NCBI GenBank assembly: GCA_044224515.1
Contig: JBGAKH010000014.1
Coordinates: 12,722-76,721, forward strand
Direction: 5' to 3'
From: Chlorobiota bacterium
GTDB taxonomy: Bacteria > Bacteroidota > Ignavibacteria > Kapaibacteriales > NICIL-2
DNA length: 64,000 nucleotides
Part shown: positions 55,803 through 64,000 of the stretch, piece after piece
Layout: each line of letters opens with the position of its first letter
Position numbering within the stretch: the first letter of the stretch is position 1
The notes under the pieces: generated by a model
Told to the model about the DNA's origin: nothing
Seen by the model: only the letters and a program-made list of their open reading frames with translations
Databases searched by the model: none
Position numbers and translations under genes: made by a program

Positions 55803-56831
55803 ATGTCACTACGAACAAACTTTCTTCCCCTCATCCTCTTCGTCTTGGCTCTACAAGCTTTAGATGCCCAAAACCTCTACACGATCTCCCGGAAGATTCC
55901 GATGGGAGGAAATGAATTTTGGGATCATTTGGCAGTCGATGAACAAAACGACCGTTTGCTTGTGACGCATGGCACGATGCTGCAATCTCTCGATCTTGAC
56001 AAGGGTCGCGTGGTGGACTCCATCAGTGGCTTGAATGGAGCTCATTCGATAGCATTAGCCCCCGATCTTAATAAGGGCTTCGTAACCAATGGTCGTTCGA
56101 ATACAGTCACCGTGTTCGATCTCAGTACCTACGCTGTGCTTGCAACTATTCAGCTTAGCGGTAATGACCCCGATGCCCTTGTTTACGACAAAGCAACGCA
56201 GTTTGTCTTTGTCATGAATGCAAAGAGCGCATCAGCCTCCATTATCCGTGCTGCTTCAAATGAGATCGCCAAAGACATACCGCTACCAGGTAAGCCCTCG
56301 CATGCGGTCAACGACGGAAAGGGATCCATTTATGTCAGTATTGAAGATAAAAGTGAGATCGCCGTTATCAGTACCAAATCGCTCAAAGTAGAGCGAACAT
56401 TCGCTGTTGCCCCCGGAGAAAATCCCGGCGGGTTGGCAATCGACGTGTTTAACAATAGGCTCTACGTTGGCTGTGCCAACAGACTCTTTCTTGCCGTGGA
56501 TTCACGAAGCGGGAAGATCGTAGCAAAAGTCACTATCGCAGAATTTGTCGACGATCTTGCCTTCGATCCTGTGGCCTCAAAGGTTTTTTGCGCCTCCCAC
56601 TATGGAACCATGAGTATCGTGGATGTTATCGACGAAAACAGCTACAAGCTTTTTCAAACGATGGCAACTACCCGGGAAGCTCATGCCTGCGTTTACCACC
56701 CCAAACGTCACACAGTCTACACCTCCGCAGCCGAGCACGTGTATCCGGCAGTGACAGGGGAGCAAGTGCATCCCAAACCCGTTCCCAAGCCTAACAGTTT
56801 CTCTGTTTACGAAGTAATCCAAAAGAAGTAA
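55803..56831 (+). CDS. YncE-family secreted beta-propeller protein
   Basis: Signal peptide; WD.L.VD....RL.V.HG, G.H.IAL......GFVTNG and PDA..YD repeats. Confidence 0.88.
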   Translation: MSLRTNFLPLILFVLALQALDAQNLYTISRKIPMGGNEFWDHLAVDEQNDRLLVTHGTMLQSLDLDKGRVVDSISGLNGAHSIALAPDLNKGFVTNGRSNTVTVFDLSTYAVLATIQLSGNDPDALVYDKATQFVFVMNAKSASASIIRAASNEIAKDIPLPGKPSHAVNDGKGSIYVSIEDKSEIAVISTKSLKVERTFAVAPGENPGGLAIDVFNNRLYVGCANRLFLAVDSRSGKIVAKVTIAEFVDDLAFDPVASKVFCASHYGTMSIVDVIDENSYKLFQTMATTREAHACVYHPKRHTVYTSAAEHVYPAVTGEQVHPKPVPKPNSFSVYEVIQKK

Positions 56832-57030
56832 ATCCCGAATGCCGGCCGGCGCGCAGCGCTGGCTAAAAAAGAAGAAGCTAAAAAAGCGCTGTGTTCCTAG
56901 GCTCCTTCTCTGCGCTGAGGAGGTAGTACTTCACCCCGGCGGGTGTTTGACGGGCCTTGCAACAATATTTCCAAGAGGCGCTCGTTCATCAAAATCACAT
57001 GTTTTTCGTGCCTACAAGTCCTTAATTGAC

Positions 57031-57038
57031 TAAATTTG
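57031..57038 (+). promoter_or_regulatory. Candidate -7 element TAAATTTG upstream of sprA
   Basis: Exact TAnnTTTG about 200 bp before the sprA ATG. Confidence 0.35.
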
Positions 57039-57238
57039 AGTTCGACATCCTATGTCGCCGTACATACGCTGTTTGAACTTTCTCATCGAGGTTGTATCGT
57101 CACAACTGCTACTTTTTCGTGAGCACGATGCTCACACTTAAGTCATTGAAGTGAATCGTGGAACGCCACTCGCCGCGAATGCGTGAACGCGCTCGTGTGC
57201 GAGGTGGAGCAGGACGTGTTCCCGTAGCATGAAAACGT

Positions 57239-60200
57239 ATGACCTCAGTCCGATCCGTCATAGGCCGTCTTTTGGTATGTTGTGCGCTGAGCGCACAACT
57301 GTTTGCCTACGTGCCCGCTCCTGCGGGCGATAGTTCACGAGCCTCCCTTAGCACCCCAACACCTTCTGTTGTTTACGATTATTCCGGAGCCAAGTTTGGA
57401 AAGAACGTTCCCTTACCAAAAGGCTTGCAGATTTTGCGTTCGCTGGATTCATCAGGAACGCGCATCGACATCGTGCAGAGAATCGACAATGTGGAAGTTG
57501 GTGTACCCACGAGCATTTCGCTCGACGACTATTTGGCTCAGCGCCGCAAACAAATCAACCAGCGCTTGTGGGATTCGCTCGTAACGGTTTATGATCTGAA
57601 GAAGTCAATGAGCGGGGATCAGCTCTCGAAGCTTTTGTCTCAAGCAACCAACATTGCGATCCCTATCCCGCCCAATCCACTTACCGGCTTATTCGGCAAG
57701 CCTGAGATTTCCATCAACGTCAATGGCGAAGTGACCATGCGCGGTGGCTGGCGTTGGGAGAATCAGAACTTAGGAACCTCGAGTGTGTTTGGACAAAGTC
57801 AGAGCTCACCGATCTTCACGCAGGATATTCAGATTAACGTTAGTGCAAAAATTGGCGACAAGCTCAAATTGGGAACGGATTGGAGTACACGTCGTCAATT
57901 CGAGTTCGACAACAAATTCAAGATCGGATACGACGGTTATGACGATGACATTATCAAGAAAGTAGAAGTCGGAAACGTACAGTTGCAGTCACCGTCATCG
58001 TTTATCAATGGTTCGCAAGCATTGTTCGGAATTCGAGCGGACTTTCAGTTTGGTCCACTGTTCTTGAAAACCATCGCTTCGCAAAAACGTGGTGAGCGCA
58101 AGTTTGTCAATGTCAACGGCGGAACGTCTCGAACCTTCTTTGCCCTGCACGCTTACGATTACGCACAAAATCACTTCTTCCTGGATACAGCATACAAGCC
58201 ACTCTACAAAGAATACTGGAAGGGTGCCATACCGGTAACTCCGAATGCCGGAGGCTTGCTGGTGAAAGACGTAGAAGTCTATGAGAGTACCGCTGATACA
58301 AAGGAGCAAGCTTTGAGCGGTGTGAGTGTTGTAGCCTATGACACGCTCAGCCCGGTGCGCTATCGTTCAGGTCAGCGCTATCCTGCCTCGATGAAGAATC
58401 CGACCATTATTGAGTCCGGTCATGTGATGAAAGGACGCTTTGTTAAGCTGGAGCGCGGACGGTATGAATATGATATGACCTTGGGTACTGTAACCATTAC
58501 GAACATGCGACGTGATCGGTCCTACGCCGTTGCCTACGTCACACAAGGTCCACTGGCCGATACAAGCGACGATCTCTACCACGGAACCACATCGTTGAGT
58601 ACCGCAGCCGGCGATACGGCAATTCTCAAGTTGATTTACGTACCAAATCTGCAACCCGGATTCAAGAATCTATGGGCGCGTCAGATGCGGAATATCTACT
58701 TCATTAACGCAACCAACGTCAACACCACCGACGCCAAAATCAACGTCTTCTATCTGCGTACGAACAATGACTCCACCGATGTGATGGAGGGTAGTACCGA
58801 AAAGATTGTGACAGCTCTACGCGTCGATCAAGTGAACAACGGTACGGGCTCCGTACCCGGCGATGGGGTATTCGACTTTTCAACCGGCGTGCAGCCTCAA
58901 GCAACAAGCACTAACACAGGAATCAACACTCCCTCAAGTTCTCAAGCCAGCTCATCCTACAGTGGGAGTCCCTTTTTCAATGCGCAAAAGGGAGAGATCG
59001 TTTTTCCGTCACTGGAGCCCTTCCGCGAAGCGCTTGACAGTGCCTTTGCACGCTACGGACAAATCAACAACGCCAAGCAGTACTACTATGCGTCGGTCTA
59101 CGACAATCAAGTTGAATTGGCGAAGCAACAGACAGCATATGACCGTTGGCTCATTGTGGGAAATGTGCAAGGACAAAACGGCGGACGCATCACATTGGGT
59201 TTCAACGTAGCACCCGGTTCTGTTGTCGTACGCTTGGATGGCCGCCAGCTGCGCGAGAACGACGACTATACGGTTGAGTATGTAAGTGGTGTGTTGACGT
59301 TACGTAGCGCGCAAGCTCAGGCTGCCGGAGCGAACTTGACCGTAGAATATGAGTCGAACGACATCATGAACGTTACGACAAAGACCTTGGCAGGTGTTCG
59401 CGCTGACATGAGTTTGTTCCGCAACAGAAATCTCAACATCACAGCCGGTAGTACCTACATGTATTACAATCAAGCCGCGATTATCGACCGCGTGCGCGTT
59501 GGAGAGGAACCGGTTGCGAATCAGATGCTGGGCTTTGATTTGGCATTACAGTGGAAAGCCGACTGGCTAACCCGAATGCTGAATGCATTGCCGTTCTATG
59601 ATACAAAAGAACAGTCACTTGTAAACCTTAAAGCGGAATGGGCCATGCAAATGCCCAACCCGAACAAACGCACATCAGAGGTTCCGGACGATCACGGTGC
59701 GTCGGTGGCGTACATCGATGATTTTGAATCGGCGCAGAGAAACATACCCTTGGGTTTGTCGGCGGTACAGTGGACACATTGTTCGCCTCCCGCAGACAGC
59801 ACTATAGATCTTAGTCCGGAATCTCGAGCGTTGTTCCGAGCCCGCACACAGTGGTGGCAGTATTTTATCGGACGCATTGATGTGACCGATCCATATCCAC
59901 GTCGCTCCGTTCAGGCAGGTCACAGCAAGTTGTCGGCGATCTACATTGACTTCAATCCGGATGTCCGTGGTATCTACAACAAGAACACGAATTTCATCGA
60001 CGCGCAAAATCCACGATGGGATAGCGTGCAGGCAGATCCTTGGCAACTAAAACCCGCAAATCGAAGCAAGATTTGGGGCGGATTCCAACGACTGCTCTCA
60101 TCGTTCAACTCGAACTTCGACTTGGAGAATATCGACTACGTCGAAATCATGATGAAGATCGATGAACAAGAACGTGGAAATACCAAGATGTACATCGACC

Positions 60201-63200
60201 TCGGACAAGTCAGTGAGGATGTTATCCCAAATCAAACGCTGAACACCGAGGACGGTTTTACTTCGGGTGCACCGATTCCGAACAATCGGATTGACCCGGG
60301 CGAAGACTTGGGTATTGACCAGTGGGACAACACCGCCGAGCAAAAGAATATGCCCTATCCTTTGAGCTTGGAAAGTGATCCGTCGCGTGATGATTATAAC
60401 TTCGACTTTAGCAAGGACGACAACAGTCGCGACGCCACGGACTTCATCAAGTATAATAACTATGAAGGTAATGCCGCTCAATCTGAGGCAGGACAGTTTC
60501 CGGATACTGAAGTGCTGAACAAGCAAAACGGACAGAACATCTCGCTTGACGATAGTTATTTCTCGTACGAAGTCAATCTCGATCCCGGTCAAGACAATCC
60601 GCAAGTGGTGGGTGAGGGACGAAATGGTTGGAGATTGTACCGTATTCCGCTGCGCGGCGATAAGCGCGTAATCGGAAATCCGCTCTTCTCAAACATTCAG
60701 TATCTGCGCGTGTGGTTTAAGGGTGGAAAGTTCAAAGCGGAGATCGTTGATTGGCGTTTTGCCGGATCACAGTGGCAACGGATTAACTATGCCAGCGTTG
60801 CCAACAGTGCGAATGCGGTTGACAACACCTTGCGTGTCAGTTTTGCAAATGTTGAAGAGAACGACGGTCCGCCGGATTACTACACTATGCCTCCCGGTGT
60901 TCAAGCGCCTTTGCAGTTGGCGAACCCGGACCCACAAAACGCGAGCCGTTTGAATGAGCAGTCGCTCTCGATCGGTGTCGACAATCTGTTGTGTGGCGAC
61001 GAGCGCGCAGCAACACGTTACTTTCGTTCATTTGATTTCTTCAACTATCGACGCTTGAAGTTCTTTGTGAAGGGTATCGGGGGACAAGACTACATCCCAC
61101 CGGATTCTTCCTCATTGACTGCTGCCGATACGAATCTTCCGCAGTTCTTCATTCGCTTTGGTACCGACTCTGCAAACTATTACGAGTATCGTGCACCGTT
61201 GGTTCGCCAGTGGCGTGGAGTTGATATCGACTTGCGTCAACTAACGGCTATCAAACAGCAGCGCGACAGTATCAATCAGTTCTTACGCATGGTGTTTCCG
61301 GTATTGGGTGAGGCCAATGCCCGCTATGCCATCCAAGGAAATCCAACGCTTACGCGCACGCAGTACTTCGCACTCGGCTTGTCAAATCCTGCCGGGCGAT
61401 GTCCGAACTCTCTCAGTACCACCATGTGGGTCGATGAGTTGCGTGTTATCGAAGCGGAGGCTTCGAAAGGATACGGAGAAACAGGTACAGCTGACTTCAA
61501 GTTTGCAGACCTCGGAACGCTTAATGCCAGTTACATCCACACCGACCCCTTCTTCCATCGCTTAGAGGAACGATTTGGAACGCGTGAAGACACAAAGAGC
61601 TTCAGTGTTACGGCAGACGCGGGCTTGGAGAAGTTTCTTCCCAAGAGCATGAAGGAGGCGCGCATCCCTGTGCACTTCTCGCGTATTACCAAAGCAATTG
61701 ATCCACTTTACTTGCCACAGAATGACGTGAATGTCGATTCCGCCGCTGCTGTTGTGTACAGACAGCAAGTTGACAGCGGACGCACACAACAGGAAGCTCA
61801 GGCAGCATCGGATTACATTCGCCAGCGCTCACGTACACGCAGAGAGCAAACAAACTTCAGCATCATGGGCTTTAAGTTTGGACTGCCAAGTACTGCGTGG
61901 TACATACGAGAAACGCTCAACCGCTTGGTTCTTGGATTTAGTTATACGCAAGAAGCCGAACAATCGCCGGTGGTACAAGAGCGCTTCCGCTGGCAGTGGG
62001 ATCTCACGGCGAACTATGCTGTCACACTTCCTCCGCTTCTGACGGTCAAAACCGGTAGCTGGATGGAAGGCTTGCCATTGCTTTCGGCATACAAAGATTG
62101 GAAACTGAACTTCTTGCCGCAGACACTCACACTCAGCTCTCGATTGTCACGTTCGCGTATCACGGAGCAATCCTGGTTCATCGACTATCCGAATGCACCG
62201 CAGCGACTCTTTAACGCCACGAATTCCATGGTGCTTGGATGGAAGCTTAGCGAAGGTGGCTTGTTGTCTCCTGCTATTGACTATTCCGTGAATGCCGGAT
62301 CAACACTGGTTCCTCTTGAACTTGATAGTTTGGGACATCAATTGACCGGTTCCGAAGTGGCTAAAAAGATGGTCTTTTCGAACAGTCGTCTCGTGGACTT
62401 CGGTACGCCGAATAATTTAAGTCAGAGCTTTGTGATGAACGTTCGTCCTCGCTTGCCTGAAATAGCAAACATTAATCGCTACTTCGACGCCAGTGGAACG
62501 TTCAGCACCACGTACATTTGGCTGGACCCACTTCAGAATGATCCTAGCATTCGCGATGTATCAAAGCGCGCATCGACATCGAATTCCATACGCATGAATA
62601 CCTCGCTAAGGTTGCGTGCGCTCACGAATTCATGGTTTGGTATCGTCCCTCCGGCGCCAAACGCCAAACCCGATACTACCAAGAGTTCTTCCATCTTCTC
62701 AGATGCTGTTGATTTGATTCGCTCCATTTTCTTTGACTATGAGAGTTTGAATATGAATTTCAACCAGGGCAACAACGCTATTACTCCCGGCGTGTATGGT
62801 GGAAATGGATTTTCAAACTTGTGGGGTCGCGGATTTACAGGTCGCAGTAGTCAAGAGTTCTTAGGACCTTCCGCAGCCTATCAGTTGGGTCTCGTTCGCT
62901 ATCCACACGGAGGCTTCCATATTACGAGCAGTAACAAGTTTCCCTTCTTCGGTTTTGAAGAGGAGATGGGTATACGACCACCCAATGCGCAATTGCTCGA
63001 CAATTTCATGCAGACAAACGCACTTGACATGCGTACATCACGTCCGCTCTGGAAAGGGGCAACGCTCGATTTGAATTGGAAGACAGAATTCGGGCAAAAC
63101 CGTAATCAGCTGACTACCACTGATGCAAATGGCAACATGAGCTTCAGTAATGTAGTGGTTACCGAGCGATACAACAGAACATTCTTGACCTTCCCGAACT

Positions 63201-64000
63201 TCTTGTTCTTTAAGGCCTTTAATAACTCTCCCTCGGCCGTTGTTGATCGCTACCGCGCAAATGTGCTGCCCATTCTCAACGGTAGAAGTCCTGATTCGCT
63301 TAGCATTGGTGAAAAGGTCTCGATGCAGAACGCGATGACCGACGCATTTATCGGCGGATTGCAAGCCTTTGAATTTTTCCCGGGATTGCTTTCACGTTTC
63401 TTACCTCAAGTAAATTGGTCCATTCGTTGGGAGGGTATGGAGAAGCTCTTCTTCTTTAATGGTTTGGCGCAGCGCGTGACACTTGAGCATACCTATCAAA
63501 CGATGTACACCGAGAGTGCACGCATAGATGACAATGGTCGAACCGTTGATGCGCAGACTATTCGCATGGATTTCCGTCCACTTGTCGGAATCTCTATGGC
63601 ATTCGATGAGAAGAAGTTAAAGGGTACCCTTACGAGTACCTTCCGTTATAACATGAGTACCAACTACTCCCTTGTGACATCGGCTGCGACCTTGTCGCAA
63701 GAAAACATCCATGAATTCAATCTTAATGCGGCTTATGCTATTCATGGTTTTGCATTCCCGGTTCTCGGAATTGAATTGAAGAACGATGTCGAGTTCTCGT
63801 TCAACTCCAGCTTCCGTCGCACCAATCGATACACATACCAGCTGGCTGATCCGGATCCCGAGAAAGCTGCGAACGGATCTGAGTTGGATGGACAAACAAC
63901 GATCATGCTTGAGCCACGAGCACGTTACACGGTAAGCAATCGCTTAACGGCTACTGCATTTGTTAAGTACACCGGCAACTTTACAAGCGGTGCTGCCAAT
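57239..64000 (+). CDS. sprA: T9SS outer-membrane translocon SprA/Sov (3' end beyond the window)
   Basis: Not in the ORF track. Manual translation: signal MTSVRSVIGRLLVCCALSAQLFA; F.QDIQINV...IGDKL, FEFDN..KI.Y.G..DDIIKKVEVGNV, GSQ.LFG, DRVR.GEEP, YIDDFE, IDLG.VSED, W.LYRIP, NEQSLS, YYEY and W.DELR. The last codons of the window are in the same frame (2254 codons); I did not check every intervening codon. Confidence 0.95.
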   Translation, partial: MTSVRSVIGRLLVCCALSAQLFAYVPAPAGDSSRASLSTPTPSVVYDYSGAKFGKNVPLPKGLQILRSLDSSGTRIDIVQRIDNVEVGVPTSISLDDYLAQRRKQINQRLWDSLVTVYDLKKSMSGDQLSKLLSQATNIAIPIPPNPLTGLFGKPEISINVNGEVTMRGGWRWENQNLGTSSVFGQSQSSPIFTQDIQINVSAKIGDKLKLGTDWSTRRQFEFDNKFKIGYDGYDDDIIKKVEVGNVQLQSPSSFINGSQALFGIRADFQFGPLFLKTIASQKRGERKFVNVNGGTSRTFFALHAYDYAQNHFFLDTAYKPLYKEYWKGAIPVTPNAGGLLVKDVEVYESTADTKEQALSGVSVVAYDTLSPVRYRSGQRYPASMKNPTIIESGHVMKGRFVKLERGRYEYDMTLGTVTITNMRRDRSYAVAYVTQGPLADTSDDLYHGTTSLSTAAGDTAILKLIYVPNLQPGFKNLWARQMRNIYFINATNVNTTDAKINVFYLRTNNDSTDVMEGSTEKIVTALRVDQVNNGTGSVPGDGVFDFSTGVQPQATSTNTGINTPSSSQASSSYSGSPFFNAQKGEIVFPSLEPFREALDSAFARYGQINNAKQYYYASVYDNQVELAKQQTAYDRWLIVGNVQGQNGGRITLGFNVAPGSVVVRLDGRQLRENDDYTVEYVSGVLTLRSAQAQAAGANLTVEYESNDIMNVTTKTLAGVRADMSLFRNRNLNITAGSTYMYYNQAAIIDRVRVGEEPVANQMLGFDLALQWKADWLTRMLNALPFYDTKEQSLVNLKAEWAMQMPNPNKRTSEVPDDHGASVAYIDDFESAQRNIPLGLSAVQWTHCSPPADSTIDLSPESRALFRARTQWWQYFIGRIDVTDPYPRRSVQAGHSKLSAIYIDFNPDVRGIYNKNTNFIDAQNPRWDSVQADPWQLKPANRSKIWGGFQRLLSSFNSNFDLENIDYVEIMMKIDEQERGNTKMYIDLGQVSEDVIPNQTLNTEDGFTSGAPIPNNRIDPGEDLGIDQWDNTAEQKNMPYPLSLESDPSRDDYNFDFSKDDNSRDATDFIKYNNYEGNAAQSEAGQFPDTEVLNKQNGQNISLDDSYFSYEVNLDPGQDNPQVVGEGRNGWRLYRIPLRGDKRVIGNPLFSNIQYLRVWFKGGKFKAEIVDWRFAGSQWQRINYASVANSANAVDNTLRVSFANVEENDGPPDYYTMPPGVQAPLQLANPDPQNASRLNEQSLSIGVDNLLCGDERAATRYFRSFDFFNYRRLKFFVKGIGGQDYIPPDSSSLTAADTNLPQFFIRFGTDSANYYEYRAPLVRQWRGVDIDLRQLTAIKQQRDSINQFLRMVFPVLGEANARYAIQGNPTLTRTQYFALGLSNPAGRCPNSLSTTMWVDELRVIEAEASKGYGETGTADFKFADLGTLNASYIHTDPFFHRLEERFGTREDTKSFSVTADAGLEKFLPKSMKEARIPVHFSRITKAIDPLYLPQNDVNVDSAAAVVYRQQVDSGRTQQEAQAASDYIRQRSRTRREQTNFSIMGFKFGLPSTAWYIRETLNRLVLGFSYTQEAEQSPVVQERFRWQWDLTANYAVTLPPLLTVKTGSWMEGLPLLSAYKDWKLNFLPQTLTLSSRLSRSRITEQSWFIDYPNAPQRLFNATNSMVLGWKLSEGGLLSPAIDYSVNAGSTLVPLELDSLGHQLTGSEVAKKMVFSNSRLVDFGTPNNLSQSFVMNVRPRLPEIANINRYFDASGTFSTTYIWLDPLQNDPSIRDVSKRASTSNSIRMNTSLRLRALTNSWFGIVPPAPNAKPDTTKSSSIFSDAVDLIRSIFFDYESLNMNFNQGNNAITPGVYGGNGFSNLWGRGFTGRSSQEFLGPSAAYQLGLVRYPHGGFHITSSNKFPFFGFEEEMGIRPPNAQLLDNFMQTNALDMRTSRPLWKGATLDLNWKTEFGQNRNQLTTTDANGNMSFSNVVVTERYNRTFLTFPNFLFFKAFNNSPSAVVDRYRANVLPILNGRSPDSLSIGEKVSMQNAMTDAFIGGLQAFEFFPGLLSRFLPQVNWSIRWEGMEKLFFFNGLAQRVTLEHTYQTMYTESARIDDNGRTVDAQTIRMDFRPLVGISMAFDEKKLKGTLTSTFRYNMSTNYSLVTSAATLSQENIHEFNLNAAYAIHGFAFPVLGIELKNDVEFSFNSSFRRTNRYTYQLADPDPEKAANGSELDGQTTIMLEPRARYTVSNRLTATAFVKYTGNFTSGAAN

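Noticed and set aside
57303-63895. Short ORFs at the right end as separate genes or a pseudogene field
   Set aside because: They are off-frame or antisense shadows of sprA, which the track omits because its stop lies outside the window.

Overview
A mostly housekeeping and envelope region of an FCB-group bacterium with a type IX secretion system (T9SS). The gene content (SprA, T9SS C-terminal sorting domains, a double-OmpA barrel protein, TAnnTTTG-like promoter elements) suggests a Bacteroidota/Ignavibacteria/Ca. Kapabacteria-like organism; this taxonomy is inference. From left to right: an accessory segment (DUF4395, AAC(3)-I-like GNAT, lipoprotein, putative HTH-TPR protein, TPR-fused rifampin ADP-ribosyltransferase, alpha/beta hydrolase); a 1568-aa T9SS adhesin-like protein and a secreted unknown flanking a TPR-LytS/LytTR two-component pair, each preceded by three 10-bp boxes at 21-bp period; a SAM-I riboswitch with metB-hom-tonB; GT9 and Gfo/Idh/MocA genes; the RDD-SpoIIM-DUF4129-DUF4350-MoxR-DUF58 cluster; a molybdopterin operon (moaA moeA tauE moaD moeB moaE moaC/B); a YceI / beta-barrel / YceI triad; rlpA; an EEP nuclease; a PKD-FGE lipoprotein; a DUF1800/DUF1501 pair in which DUF1501 has both a Tat-like signal and a T9SS sorting domain; ompA; SDR; MsrB fused to a degenerate MsrA; YncE; and sprA, which runs off the right end and is absent from the supplied ORF track. 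I recognised no rRNA, tRNA, CRISPR array, integrase or transposase. All protein calls come from motif recognition by eye; no database search was run.
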